Origin: TPA_inf: Saccharomyces | Taxonomy: Eukaryota | Reading direction: 5' to 3' | Length of the DNA: 64,000 nucleotides | Assembly: GCA_000146045.2 (NCBI GenBank) | Contig: BK006942.2 | Coordinates: 32,001-96,000, forward strand | Shown: piece by piece, positions 42,184 to 53,442 of the stretch | How the letters are laid out: each line of letters starts with the position of its first letter | Numbering within the stretch: position 1 is the stretch's first letter | Notes under the pieces: model-generated | Seen by the model: the letters and a program-made list of their open reading frames with translations, nothing else | Databases searched by the model: none | What the model was told of the DNA's origin: nothing | Translations under genes and position numbers: made by a program

Positions 42184-43773
42184 TTACAATAGAATATAAC
42201 CCAGTGCCAAAATCCGATTAGATTCATCAATGGAAAATTCAGAGCTTTTATTAAGGTTCTCCAAAAATTTTAAAGGTTTAGAAAGAGCATGCAAGACAAA
42301 AGTATTCATTTTGCCCCAAGTCTCCTTGATTATGGTAAGACTTTTCATAATGAATCCATCGGAGTGGAAGTTTATCTGAAGCGTACCCTTATCAAACCAT
42401 AAAAACTGCTCAGTTGAAGAAGGAGATGCAGTGGCGGGCGTATTGATTGTGTCGCTAGAGGAATCTAAGGAAAGTAAAGAGGCCAATATGGAGGGCCGCA
42501 AACTTAAAGACTTAACTGTTTGGTGTTCGTATGCTGCAGTGACAAAGTATGTCACACAACATCCAAAACTAATTCCTATAGTAATTGAAATGCCCCAAGT
42601 GAACCAGCTCGTGAAGAACTTCTGCTTCTTTCTCTTGGGTTTTTTATTCGATTTAGGGGATTTCTTTTTTGAGTTTTCGGCTTTTTTGTTACGACAATAG
42701 GACCGAGACTTTGTATGTATAGCTTCGTCATCATTATCTTCCTCATTCACATCTTCTCCGTATTCCAAGGATAAATCTTGTAATCTTTGAAACATTTTTT
42801 TCAAATCTCTTTTGTTGGTCACAACAACTGGAGGAAACAATAATTTAACAAGTTTATTCCTTAAGAATGACTTCAGGACGTTTTTCACTTGGATGACTTG
42901 CCCAGGCTGGCAGATCGGTATTACAGGCTTGCCTTGAGAATATTGAACGATCCTGTTTAGCAGAGATACCATCTCTCTCAGCTCCTGAAAAATTATGACA
43001 ATCCCCGTATATTGCGGGAATGTTGCGGAATCGTGATATTTGGGTAATTCAAAAAGAGATTGGTATTCTTTTGGTATTGATTGATAAAAGCTGGAACCAG
43101 TCCTTCCCAGTATTAGAAGGCGAAAAACTGGATTCTTTTGTGTTAGTGATAGTTTGGGCATAACAAAAGAGTTTGTCGAAGAAGTCAAGCTTTTTGTTAT
43201 CGTCACACTATCTTCCTCAAAAGCCTCATCTTCATCACCATCATCATCTTGCTCGTTAAAAGGAGTTTTTTCCTTACCAGGCAAGGGCAGCGATATTATC
43301 TTCTGTAACTGTTTAAAGGGATGAGACGGTGAAACGACATTTGCTCCTTCTTGTCCTTGTTTAATAATATTTATTATATCAGCAGCAGGCGCTTGAAGCA
43401 GCTCTTGTTCTTCTTCAGAAGTATCACTAGATGATAGAATACTTCCATTAGTCGTTTGAGAAGAGCACCTTTCTGGGATGAAAGAAGCGCCCAAGTCCAA
43501 AGGCTGAATGGCTTGCCACGATCCTGATATACTATCGTTTACATTGTGGTTGCCGGATATGTCAATGGACGTAACCAAGTTCTGTCCCATTGGCGAAGGC
43601 GAATGCCCTGTCTTACTCAACAATTCCAATACTGATAGATGAGGGTCAAGTAAGCCTTTGTCTTCCCCAGTTTGTGCTTCAGAGCATGTGTGAATAGTCG
43701 TTGACGAGGAATCAGGTGGCATGCTTTTAGATGAGGATCCTTTACCTTCCCTTTGTTGGTATTCCAAAACCAT
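42184..43773 (-). CDS. ATG32: Mitophagy receptor, 529 aa
   Basis: Atg8-interacting motif W86-Q-A-I (43507-43518), Ser-rich phosphoregulatory patch just downstream ([13 protein letters not shown]), single C-terminal TM ([19 protein letters not shown]). Confidence 0.92.
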
Positions 43774-44353
43774 ATGTTTACTGTTCCTGGCAGATTTTTT
43801 TTGCTTTTGTGATTAGGACTTCAATATTGCTTATCGATAAGAGAAGTCACAACTGATAAGAAAAATTGTCAAAAACGAGAAATGGGCTTTGTAAGAAAAT
43901 ATTTCAACAATAACCCAAAAATATAGATTTTAAAAGTATAATGATTATGCCTCAGGAAGCTTACTGCACCTTATTTCCTAAATAACTTTTTTATTACTTA
44001 ATAGATCTGTTTCTTTTTTTTTTTTTTGTAAAAGGGGTGCGTCAAACAATAGATATATGCTCTAGACAGACGGTGATCTAAGATATTTGAGAAAGCACGA
44101 AACAAGTGCCAAACAACTTCAACTTTGCTGAAGTAGTATAAACTTTGCTTTTACTATGCAAACTGTGAAAGACGATTTGTCCTTTCCATATTTGTGTTTT
44201 GAGCGATGGGGATGTCGTCCCTTCAGCCGTCTAAAAAAAAAGTCATCAAGCGTGAAATCTATCATCCCGTTGTTGGTTTAAAAGAATATCGTGCATACTG
44301 TATAAGAGTGGTATATACTGCAACACAGACACGGGAAGGCCCAATCACCTAGT

Positions 44354-45283
44354 TTAAATAACGATGTTATCTATTAGTCTGACGACCGTATCGGGTTTTT
44401 CGCGGTCAGTCACGTATACAGCACAACTAATGACTATTGGCTGCTGTTCGCTGGTGTTTTCAACATCGGAGAGTTCATCAAGAGTCTTAAAATCTGCTAA
44501 GGAAACATAGTCGATTTTGAAATCGTGGGAATCAACGTAGGGTGCCCATATTTGAGTCACAGTATCGATGATTTCTGATCTGGAGAGACGTCCCCCTGGT
44601 GCTAGTCTCCTAATAGCATTTTCCGCAGCTTTCAGCCCGCGGTAAAGGTTTTCAGAGATCTTTAAAGACTCTGGACAAAGATATTTGTTTCTACTACTCA
44701 GAGCCAGTCCATTATTGTTTCTTACAATAGGCATCATTTGTAGCCTTGTATTAACAAACAGTTCGTCCACCATACACTGTAAAACAATGAACTGTTGAAT
44801 GTCCTTCTGCCCAAAATAAGCCACATCCGCCATAACGATATTGAATAGTTTAGTCACGACAGTTGCCACGCCCCTAAAGAAGTTAGGTCTCGTCTTCCCC
44901 TCTAATTTTTCACTCAATCCAAGAACACTAACAAAAGGGCCTTTCTGCTCTTCTATGTCGAGCGGAATTCCCTGTGGATACATCACGTGTGCATTAGGAG
45001 CAAATAGAACATCCACCTTCAACGACTCAAGCAATTTGATGTCGTCTGGCAAAGTTCGAGGATAGTTATCTAGATCTTCCGTTGGCGCAAACTGGGAGGG
45101 ATTTACAAATATACTGACCACAGTATAGGTGTTTTCCTTCACAGACTGCGAGATCAAACTAGCGTGACCCGAATGCAGGCAACCCATTGTGGGAACGAAC
45201 CCAATAGTTTCTCTAAATCTAGTTTCCCTCAGCTCCTGTGTTCTCCATTGAACAACTTCTTCGACAGTATGGAAGATTTTCAT
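44354..45283 (-). CDS. PAN6: Pantoate-beta-alanine ligase (pantothenate synthetase), 309 aa
   Basis: True start at MKIFHTVEEVVQW (M37 of the track ORF). HIGH-type nucleotidyltransferase motif PTMGCLHSGHASL. The 36-codon N-terminal extension in the track lies in the promoter. Confidence 0.93.
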   Translation of the reverse strand: MKIFHTVEEVVQWRTQELRETRFRETIGFVPTMGCLHSGHASLISQSVKENTYTVVSIFVNPSQFAPTEDLDNYPRTLPDDIKLLESLKVDVLFAPNAHVMYPQGIPLDIEEQKGPFVSVLGLSEKLEGKTRPNFFRGVATVVTKLFNIVMADVAYFGQKDIQQFIVLQCMVDELFVNTRLQMMPIVRNNNGLALSSRNKYLCPESLKISENLYRGLKAAENAIRRLAPGGRLSRSEIIDTVTQIWAPYVDSHDFKIDYVSLADFKTLDELSDVENTSEQQPIVISCAVYVTDREKPDTVVRLIDNIVI

Positions 45284-46073
45284 CAATTCTATATGGATAT
45301 GCAGTATAAAAACTTGTATAAAACAGTGCAGTATCAACACACACCACTTCTTGTACACATAAATATGTACGCTACATCGAGAAATGTTCATTAATCTCTT
45401 GTTGGAAAATATGACAAAAGAAAAAAACTCGTTAAAGTAACATTTACCCGGATATCTGTTCAGCCAACATTATAAAAAAGATGGGCGCTTAATTTCCACT
45501 CTTACAGATATCACTCCTTCTAATTAACTTACATCAGTAAGAAAGTAAAAAGAGCAACAATTCGCCACAAGAAGGTCTCTGTAGGGTCAATAGTAGCAGG
45601 GCTCTTGTCAGGGAAAGACTGTGAATGCAAAGGAAAGACGGTTGGAGGTCCGAAAAGCATTACTGATGTTAGGATTGAAGAGAAATTCACCGTACTATGT
45701 GCCAGATGGTTATAACTGAACATTGAAATAATATCGTGATTATGGGCTGGTTGAGAGCCCCGTTAAGTATTGTTAAAGATGTAAGCAGTCTATTGCGATT
45801 AGCGGTTAAAATACCATTTCAAGGGTTACCCATACTGAAAGTGCCAAAAGAAAAAAAGATAACGTATGGAATGATATAGTCACAAAACTAATATTTCCTA
45901 AAATAAACAAACAACACCAAAAATGGTAGAAATAATTGGAATACATTCACAGGAGAGGTAGAATCGTCCCTGTAAAAAAAATTGAAACGGAACAAGAAAA
46001 ATAACTGACGTTCCTTTCTTTAAACGTTAGGGTGTACTATAATATATTCCATAAGAGATACCCGTTTCTATAA

Positions 46074-48149
46074 ATGCAAAGCTCAACAAGTACTGATCAA
46101 CATGTGCTACATCACATGGACCCTCATCGGTTTACGTCCCAAATACCAACTGCAACATCGTCACAATTGAGGAGAAGAAACAGCACGAATCAAGGTCTAA
46201 CCGACATGATCAATAAGAGTATTGCCAGGAATACAATAAGCGGGACTGGCATTCCCACAGGAGGCATAAATAAAAATAAGAGGACAAGAAGCACGGTTGC
46301 AGGAGGTACAAATGGTACAGCATTGGCTCTAAATGACAAATCCAACAGTAGAAACAGCGTCAGCAGATTATCAATAAATCAACTTGGCAGCCTGCAGCAA
46401 CATCTGAGCAATAGAGATCCAAGGCCACTAAGAGACAAAAACTTCCAAAGCGCTATTCAAGAGGAGATTTATGACTATTTGAAAAAGAATAAATTTGATA
46501 TTGAAACAAATCATCCCATTTCAATAAAATTTCTAAAACAACCCACTCAAAAGGGGTTTATTATCATTTTCAAGTGGTTATATTTAAGACTCGATCCAGG
46601 TTACGGCTTTACTAAGTCTATCGAGAATGAGATCTATCAAATTTTAAAAAATCTGCGTTATCCGTTTTTAGAGTCAATAAATAAATCACAAATTTCGGCT
46701 GTAGGTGGCTCTAATTGGCACAAATTTCTTGGCATGTTGCATTGGATGGTACGAACAAATATTAAACTGGATATGTGCTTGAATAAAGTAGATCGTTCAT
46801 TAATTAATCAAAATACACAAGAAATAACAATTCTGAGCCAGCCTTTAAAGACTTTGGACGAACAGGACCAAAGACAAGAAAGATATGAGCTAATGGTGGA
46901 GAAACTGTTAATTGATTATTTTACAGAGTCTTACAAAAGCTTTTTGAAACTTGAGGATAATTATGAGCCTTCGATGCAAGAACTAAAGTTAGGTTTTGAA
47001 AAATTCGTTCACATAATTAATACTGATATAGCTAATCTACAAACCCAAAATGACAATCTTTATGAGAAATATCAAGAAGTAATGAAAATAAGCCAAAAGA
47101 TCAAAACCACCAGGGAAAAATGGAAGGCTTTGAAAAGCGATTCTAATAAGTATGAAAATTATGTCAACGCGATGAAGCAAAAGAGTCAAGAATGGCCAGG
47201 TAAACTGGAAAAGATGAAATCCGAGTGTGAACTGAAAGAAGAAGAAATTAAAGCCTTACAAAGTAATATTTCCGAATTGCACAAAATTTTAAGAAAAAAG
47301 GGAATTTCAACTGAGCAGTTCGAATTACAAAACCAAGAAAGAGAAAAGCTGACTAGGGAACTTGATAAAATAAATATCCAGTCTGATAAATTGACAAGCT
47401 CAATTAAATCCAGAAAGCTGGAAGCCGAGGGAATATTCAAAAGCTTACTGGATACGTTGAGGCAATACGATTCGTCGATACAAAATTTAACCAGATCGCG
47501 TAGTCAATTGGGTCATAATGTTAATGATTCATCTCTAAAAATTAACATTTCAGAGAACTTATTAGACAGAGATTTTCATGAAGGTATCTCCTACGAGCAA
47601 TTGTTTCCAAAGGGATCTGGAATTAACGAGTCTATTAAAAAATCTATCTTAAAATTAAACGATGAAATTCAAGAAAGAATAAAAACCATTGAGAAAGACA
47701 ACATAACATTAGAAAAAGATATCAAAAACTTAAAGCATGACATAAATGAGAAAACTCAAATTAATGAAAAACTTGAATTGGAATTGTCCGAAGCGAATTC
47801 CAAATTTGAGCTCTCTAAGCAGGAGAACGAACGATTATTAGTAGCGCAAAGAATTGAGATTGAAAAAATGGAAAAAAAAATTAATGATTCAAATCTCTTG
47901 ATGAAAACTAAAATTTCAGATGCTGAGGAATTGGTAACTTCAACGGAACTAAAATTGGAAGAATTGAAAGTTGACTTAAACAGGAAACGATACAAACTAC
48001 ACCAACAAGTGATACATGTTATTGATATAACAAGTAAATTTAAAATTAATATTCAATCGTCATTGGAAAACTCTGAAAACGAATTAGGAAACGTCATTGA
48101 AGAGTTACGAAATTTGGAGTTTGAAACTGAACATAACGTAACAAATTAA
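46074..48149 (+). CDS. NDC80: Kinetochore Ndc80 complex subunit, 691 aa
   Basis: Basic N-terminal tail, calponin-homology-like region, then long coiled coil. Length and position match YIL144W. Confidence 0.93.
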   Translation: MQSSTSTDQHVLHHMDPHRFTSQIPTATSSQLRRRNSTNQGLTDMINKSIARNTISGTGIPTGGINKNKRTRSTVAGGTNGTALALNDKSNSRNSVSRLSINQLGSLQQHLSNRDPRPLRDKNFQSAIQEEIYDYLKKNKFDIETNHPISIKFLKQPTQKGFIIIFKWLYLRLDPGYGFTKSIENEIYQILKNLRYPFLESINKSQISAVGGSNWHKFLGMLHWMVRTNIKLDMCLNKVDRSLINQNTQEITILSQPLKTLDEQDQRQERYELMVEKLLIDYFTESYKSFLKLEDNYEPSMQELKLGFEKFVHIINTDIANLQTQNDNLYEKYQEVMKISQKIKTTREKWKALKSDSNKYENYVNAMKQKSQEWPGKLEKMKSECELKEEEIKALQSNISELHKILRKKGISTEQFELQNQEREKLTRELDKINIQSDKLTSSIKSRKLEAEGIFKSLLDTLRQYDSSIQNLTRSRSQLGHNVNDSSLKINISENLLDRDFHEGISYEQLFPKGSGINESIKKSILKLNDEIQERIKTIEKDNITLEKDIKNLKHDINEKTQINEKLELELSEANSKFELSKQENERLLVAQRIEIEKMEKKINDSNLLMKTKISDAEELVTSTELKLEELKVDLNRKRYKLHQQVIHVIDITSKFKINIQSSLENSENELGNVIEELRNLEFETEHNVTN

Positions 48150-48509
48150 TAAAATAAATGATATATAATACCCGAGCAATCTACAGCAAAGCTCAGCCCC
48201 ACCTTTCCGCATTTTAATAACCTGCATTTTGTTCAATTCCACCCTCACTCCCCTTCTCAAGTATTCCAAACCAATTTAAGTAAGTATTGATATGTAGTTA
48301 TTTTTAAAATAAATATATGTAAGTATATTTGGATGCTTTAATTAGGAATGTTCTATTTTTTTTTTATTTTTTATATTATGGAAGAAAATGGACGTGACGA
48401 ATCAATAAAAGAAAGAACAGCGACGAAAGAATAAGAAGACGGTGGGAACAAAAAGGTATTATGACTGAATAGATTCAAAATAGGAAGGTGACAATGAAAC
48501 CAAGCCTAT

Positions 48510-51041
48510 TCACTTCTTCAAATTCTTATAATACATCTTTCTGATTAATGGATGATGTTCCTTCAGTTCTTTGTTTTTATTGGTACTGTATTCCATATAT
48601 GCCATATCTTCACCGCCAGCAAGACCAGACAATGAACCTTCACCTCTAACGGCCTTTGATTTAAATCTTTTGTGGCCATTTGAACCTCTCCCAACAGAAT
48701 TGTCAGCGTCATCACCGACCTCGATACCAGCAGCTTCTTCGTTCTTCAATAATACTTCTTGCAATAGCTCTCTACGTTCTCTGGGTGAAGCATATGCCAA
48801 ATTTGGAATGTTCTCCATTCCGTGTAAATGTGTAATGACTTTGAATGCGTAACCTTGATCTACCAAAAACGCTTGTCTCTTTGTTGAGTAGTACATTTCT
48901 TGCGTATCCTTAGAAACCAGAGAATAAAAGAACGCATTGAAACCTTCGTCATTACGTCTTTTAGCTCTTAAAATTCTTCCTAATCTTTGGGCTTCTTGAC
49001 GACGAGACCCATAGTGCGAAGATATTTGAATTAAACAGGTAGCTTCTGGTAAATCGATGGAAGTATCACCAACTTTTGATAGAAATATGGTATTGATTTG
49101 GTCATTGTACTGGAAATTTTGCAGAATGTTCATACGCTCTTGTTGTGGTGTGGAACCATAAATAAATGGTTTTCCCATTTTCAAAGCATATTCTTGTAAG
49201 GCGTAAACATTATCTGAAAAAACGATGATCTTATCACCCCTCCTTTCGTGATATTGAATTAAGAATTGGCATGCCTGAAACTTTGTTGGATTCATGATAT
49301 ACAGTAGCATTCTTTTCCTTGCAGTTTCTCTTAAATACTCTTGGTAAAATTCTGCTGTCATGGGACACCAAACCTCTGCACATTGGACATTTGCAATATG
49401 TCCTTTTTGGGATAATTCCATCCAATTTGCTTCATAAAGTTTTGGACCAATTAAAAAATTCAGATCACCAATTTTATCATCTTCTCTAACCAGCGTTGCG
49501 GTCAGTCCCAATTTGGCGTGTGCTGCGATGGTGGAGACCACCCTACGGAACATTGCGGCGGGCACCACATGAACTTCGTCAAGAATAATGAACCCCCATT
49601 CCCTACCGGTCAAGAAATCCATAACTTTTTGTGAATCATGAGACCTGTTTCTTGTGTTTGCCACCATTGAATAAGTGGAAACAACCAAACCGGATTCTGT
49701 CTGGAACATTTCCTTATTATCAGAGGTGAAAACAGCACAATTTTCAGGTTGTAAGGTACACCATTGTAAAAATTGCTGCCTCCATTGCATGACGGAGACT
49801 GATGAAGTACATAAAACAATTACGGATTTTTTTATAGTACATGCTGCGGTAATACCGACCAAAGTTTTACCTGCGCCACATGGCAAAACAATAATCCCTG
49901 AACGAGCACGCCCATTACCAAACATTTTACTCAGCGATTTTTCTTGATAGGGTCTGATTTGAGTGGAAGGTTTCAAATCAATATCTAAATCCGGGTTTCT
50001 ATGGTCGTTTCTAAAGTCGTATTCTTCCAACACGGGATAATCGATTTCTTGACATCTTTTCTTTACGACTTCAACAGACTCATTGGCAATTTCAAAGGAG
50101 TGAACGGCATCAATATCATCATCTTCTTCTTCCCGCTCATTATCACCACCTATAACTGCACTAAACACGGCTTCCACATCGTTCGGATTAACATTAGTAG
50201 CGGGTTTTCCAGCGGTTTGCTGAAGTTGTTGCTGTAGTACATCCTCTGGTGGCTGTACTTGATGATCGCTATCTATTCTTAGGGGCCCGATGACGGAATC
50301 ATTCAGCAACATTTGCAGAATATCTGCTTGTGTAGTCTCCACGAAATATCTATTATGCTTAATAACTAGTTTCACTTTACCGTATGAAATGGTAGCCCCT
50401 TTAATGAAGTTGATTATCGATTCAGCAACGGGTACTTTGGATAATCTATCCAGAACTGAAATGATATCATCCGTCTCCAACCCTACAGAAACAGCTGCAT
50501 ACAAAGAGTATGCTGTGATCTTGTATTCATGAATATGGGAGGGTCTACTTATAGGCTCTGCAATGGTGACCAGAAAGTCCTGAGCCTGTTCTGCTAATGG
50601 AGAGAAACTCTCCAGAATGATCCTACCGTCACTTGGCGAGATCCAAAGGGGCCTGGAAGCATGGTCTGGTCTTAACCGCAAATAACTAAAGTCATGGCTT
50701 CTGAACATTCCAGAGACGGAATCTGGAACGAAATCTGCTGGTATATCGCTATTAGTGTCCTGCAAAAGCGCTTTATCCTTAGCGTCCATTTGATTCATAG
50801 AGGAATCCGCCGCTGTATGCCTGCTACTCTTGGTCTTTTTCCGAGGCTTCTTCAACCCTGTTACCATGGCGCCGGTATCCCTTTCTCCACGTCCTTCTGA
50901 CGTTTCCCTGTTATCATCATAGTTCTCATCGATCTCTGCATCAGTAGCTGGTGAATCCTCATCTGATGAGAAAAAGGACTCACCCATATCTGGAAAGATT
51001 TTCCCCTTGCTCTTAGGTTGGTAGCCTTCAACGTCCGTCAT
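48510..51041 (-). CDS. SSL2: TFIIH XPB-type DNA helicase (Rad25), 843 aa
   Basis: SF2 helicase motifs: Walker A GAGKT, DEVH box, and QxxGRxxR-like (QRLGRILR). Confidence 0.96.
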   Translation of the reverse strand: MTDVEGYQPKSKGKIFPDMGESFFSSDEDSPATDAEIDENYDDNRETSEGRGERDTGAMVTGLKKPRKKTKSSRHTAADSSMNQMDAKDKALLQDTNSDIPADFVPDSVSGMFRSHDFSYLRLRPDHASRPLWISPSDGRIILESFSPLAEQAQDFLVTIAEPISRPSHIHEYKITAYSLYAAVSVGLETDDIISVLDRLSKVPVAESIINFIKGATISYGKVKLVIKHNRYFVETTQADILQMLLNDSVIGPLRIDSDHQVQPPEDVLQQQLQQTAGKPATNVNPNDVEAVFSAVIGGDNEREEEDDDIDAVHSFEIANESVEVVKKRCQEIDYPVLEEYDFRNDHRNPDLDIDLKPSTQIRPYQEKSLSKMFGNGRARSGIIVLPCGAGKTLVGITAACTIKKSVIVLCTSSVSVMQWRQQFLQWCTLQPENCAVFTSDNKEMFQTESGLVVSTYSMVANTRNRSHDSQKVMDFLTGREWGFIILDEVHVVPAAMFRRVVSTIAAHAKLGLTATLVREDDKIGDLNFLIGPKLYEANWMELSQKGHIANVQCAEVWCPMTAEFYQEYLRETARKRMLLYIMNPTKFQACQFLIQYHERRGDKIIVFSDNVYALQEYALKMGKPFIYGSTPQQERMNILQNFQYNDQINTIFLSKVGDTSIDLPEATCLIQISSHYGSRRQEAQRLGRILRAKRRNDEGFNAFFYSLVSKDTQEMYYSTKRQAFLVDQGYAFKVITHLHGMENIPNLAYASPRERRELLQEVLLKNEEAAGIEVGDDADNSVGRGSNGHKRFKSKAVRGEGSLSGLAGGEDMAYMEYSTNKNKELKEHHPLIRKMYYKNLKK

Positions 51042-51301
51042 GATTTATCTTCCACTGATTCCAACGTCAGTAGATGCTACTTTTACTAAATAATGTAGAT
51101 ATCATTACTATTATCTATCCTTACTAAGGACCTTTTTCCTTATACTTCTTAGAAGAAAAACCTCGTTTCTAACGATCTGAAATTTTTTTCTCTTCGCGGT
51201 GGCGAGTTTAAAAGACAAGAGCAGAGCAATAAAAAAGAGGATGAAAGGTGGCCATTAAATAGGCAAGAAGAGTCAGTCGTACAAAGCTCAAAAGATTCAG
51301 G

Positions 51302-52885
51302 ATGAGTGTACAGATATTTGGAGACCAGGTTACAGAAGAAAGAGCGGAAAACGCCCGTTTGTCGGCGTTTGTCGGTGCCATTGCCGTGGGTGATTTGGTG
51401 AAAAGCACATTAGGCCCAAAAGGGATGGATAAATTATTGCAAAGTGCGTCCAGTAACACTTGCATGGTAACAAACGATGGTGCTACGATTCTGAAGTCAA
51501 TTCCGCTGGATAATCCCGCAGCCAAAGTGTTGGTGAACATCAGTAAGGTGCAGGATGACGAAGTTGGAGATGGTACCACTAGTGTTACTGTTTTGAGCGC
51601 AGAGTTGCTTAGAGAAGCAGAGAAGTTGATTGATCAATCCAAAATCCACCCTCAAACTATTATTGAAGGTTACCGACTAGCTTCAGCAGCCGCATTGGAT
51701 GCGTTAACGAAAGCGGCTGTTGACAACTCTCATGATAAGACCATGTTCCGTGAAGATCTGATCCATATTGCCAAGACTACTTTATCTTCCAAAATTTTGT
51801 CTCAGGATAAGGATCACTTCGCAGAATTAGCAACTAATGCTATTTTGAGATTGAAGGGCTCCACTAACTTAGAACATATTCAGATCATTAAGATTCTTGG
51901 TGGAAAGCTATCAGATTCGTTCCTTGACGAAGGTTTCATTCTTGCCAAAAAATTTGGTAACAACCAACCCAAGAGAATTGAAAATGCTAAGATTCTAATC
52001 GCCAATACAACTTTGGATACAGACAAGGTCAAAATATTCGGCACCAAATTCAAAGTCGATTCTACTGCTAAATTGGCACAACTAGAAAAGGCAGAACGTG
52101 AAAAGATGAAGAATAAAATTGCCAAGATTTCCAAGTTTGGTATCAACACTTTCATCAATAGACAACTAATTTATGACTATCCAGAGCAATTATTTACAGA
52201 TTTGGGCATAAACTCAATTGAGCATGCTGATTTTGAAGGTGTAGAAAGGCTCGCCCTGGTTACAGGCGGTGAGGTGGTGTCTACATTTGACGAGCCAAGT
52301 AAATGCAAACTGGGAGAATGTGACGTGATCGAGGAAATTATGCTTGGTGAACAGCCATTCTTGAAGTTTAGTGGTTGCAAAGCTGGTGAAGCTTGTACCA
52401 TCGTCCTAAGAGGTGCTACCGACCAAACGCTTGATGAAGCTGAGAGATCCCTGCATGACGCATTGTCCGTGTTGTCACAGACCACAAAGGAAACAAGAAC
52501 TGTTCTTGGCGGCGGTTGCGCCGAGATGGTCATGTCAAAAGCTGTGGACACCGAAGCTCAAAACATCGACGGAAAGAAGTCCCTTGCCGTGGAGGCTTTT
52601 GCCCGTGCTCTGAGACAACTGCCAACCATTTTGGCAGATAATGCTGGTTTTGACAGCAGCGAACTTGTGTCCAAACTAAGATCCTCCATATACAACGGTA
52701 TCTCCACCTCAGGTTTAGATCTCAACAACGGAACCATTGCCGACATGAGACAGTTAGGTATCGTCGAGAGTTACAAGCTAAAACGAGCAGTAGTCAGCTC
52801 TGCATCTGAAGCCGCTGAAGTTCTACTAAGGGTGGATAACATCATCCGTGCAAGACCAAGAACCGCCAATAGACAACATATGTAA
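51302..52885 (+). CDS. CCT2: Chaperonin CCT/TRiC beta subunit, 527 aa
   Basis: TCP-1 family signatures ([26 protein letters not shown]). Divergent from SSL2 with a 261-bp shared promoter. Confidence 0.96.
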   Translation: MSVQIFGDQVTEERAENARLSAFVGAIAVGDLVKSTLGPKGMDKLLQSASSNTCMVTNDGATILKSIPLDNPAAKVLVNISKVQDDEVGDGTTSVTVLSAELLREAEKLIDQSKIHPQTIIEGYRLASAAALDALTKAAVDNSHDKTMFREDLIHIAKTTLSSKILSQDKDHFAELATNAILRLKGSTNLEHIQIIKILGGKLSDSFLDEGFILAKKFGNNQPKRIENAKILIANTTLDTDKVKIFGTKFKVDSTAKLAQLEKAEREKMKNKIAKISKFGINTFINRQLIYDYPEQLFTDLGINSIEHADFEGVERLALVTGGEVVSTFDEPSKCKLGECDVIEEIMLGEQPFLKFSGCKAGEACTIVLRGATDQTLDEAERSLHDALSVLSQTTKETRTVLGGGCAEMVMSKAVDTEAQNIDGKKSLAVEAFARALRQLPTILADNAGFDSSELVSKLRSSIYNGISTSGLDLNNGTIADMRQLGIVESYKLKRAVVSSASEAAEVLLRVDNIIRARPRTANRQHM

Positions 52886-53052
52886 CATATTTAGGATATA
52901 CCTCGAAAATAATAAACCGCCACACTGTCATTATTATAATTAGAAACAGAACGCAAAAATTATCCACTATATAATTCAAAGACGCGAAAAAAAAAGAACA
53001 ACGCGTCATAGAACTTTTGGCAATTCGCGTCACAAATAAATTTTGGCAACTT

Positions 53053-53442
53053 ATGTTTCCTCTTCGAGCAGTACTCGAGCCCTGTCTCAAGAATGTAATA
53101 ATACCCATCGTAGGTATGGTTAAAGATAGCATCTCCACAACCTCAAAGCTCCTTGCCGAGAGTCGCCCTCCTTTGTCGAGTAATTTTCACTTTTCATATG
53201 AGAACTTATTTTCTTATTCTTTACTCTCACATCCTGTAGTGATTGACACTGCAACAGCCACCATCACTAGAAGAACAGAACAATTACTTAATAGAAAAAT
53301 TATATCTTCCTCGAAACGATTTCCTGCTTCCAACATCTACGTATATCAAGAAGCATTCACTTACCATGACACAGCTTCAGATTTCATTATTGCTGACAGC
53401 TACTATATCACTACTCCATCTAGTAGTGGCCACGCCCTATGA
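53053..53442 (+). CDS. YIL141W, dubious ORF overlapping the AXL2 start
   Basis: ATG ORF spanning the AXL2 5' region, out of frame with AXL2. No protein-like features. Confidence 0.12.
   Translation: MFPLRAVLEPCLKNVIIPIVGMVKDSISTTSKLLAESRPPLSSNFHFSYENLFSYSLLSHPVVIDTATATITRRTEQLLNRKIISSSKRFPASNIYVYQEAFTYHDTASDFIIADSYYITTPSSSGHAL

Noticed and set aside
45280-45392. A one-base discrepancy between my hand-counted coordinates and the track frame in the PAN6 5' region (an apparent extra A near 45358-45364)
   Set aside because: Most likely my own transcription or counting error. The track frame is internally consistent (MNISRCSVHIYVYKK...), so I used track-derived arithmetic for the PAN6 start (45283) and treat it as accurate to within 1 nt.
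45529-45723. 64-aa minus-strand ORF in the PAN6-NDC80 divergent promoter, and other 60-90-aa ORFs in intergenic DNA (223-411, 3552-3740, 4199-4417, 41482-41697, 56903-57091, 61213-61471)
   Set aside because: Short, no codon-bias or domain support, and they sit in promoters or terminators. Sizes are those expected by chance in 64 kb of 38% GC DNA.
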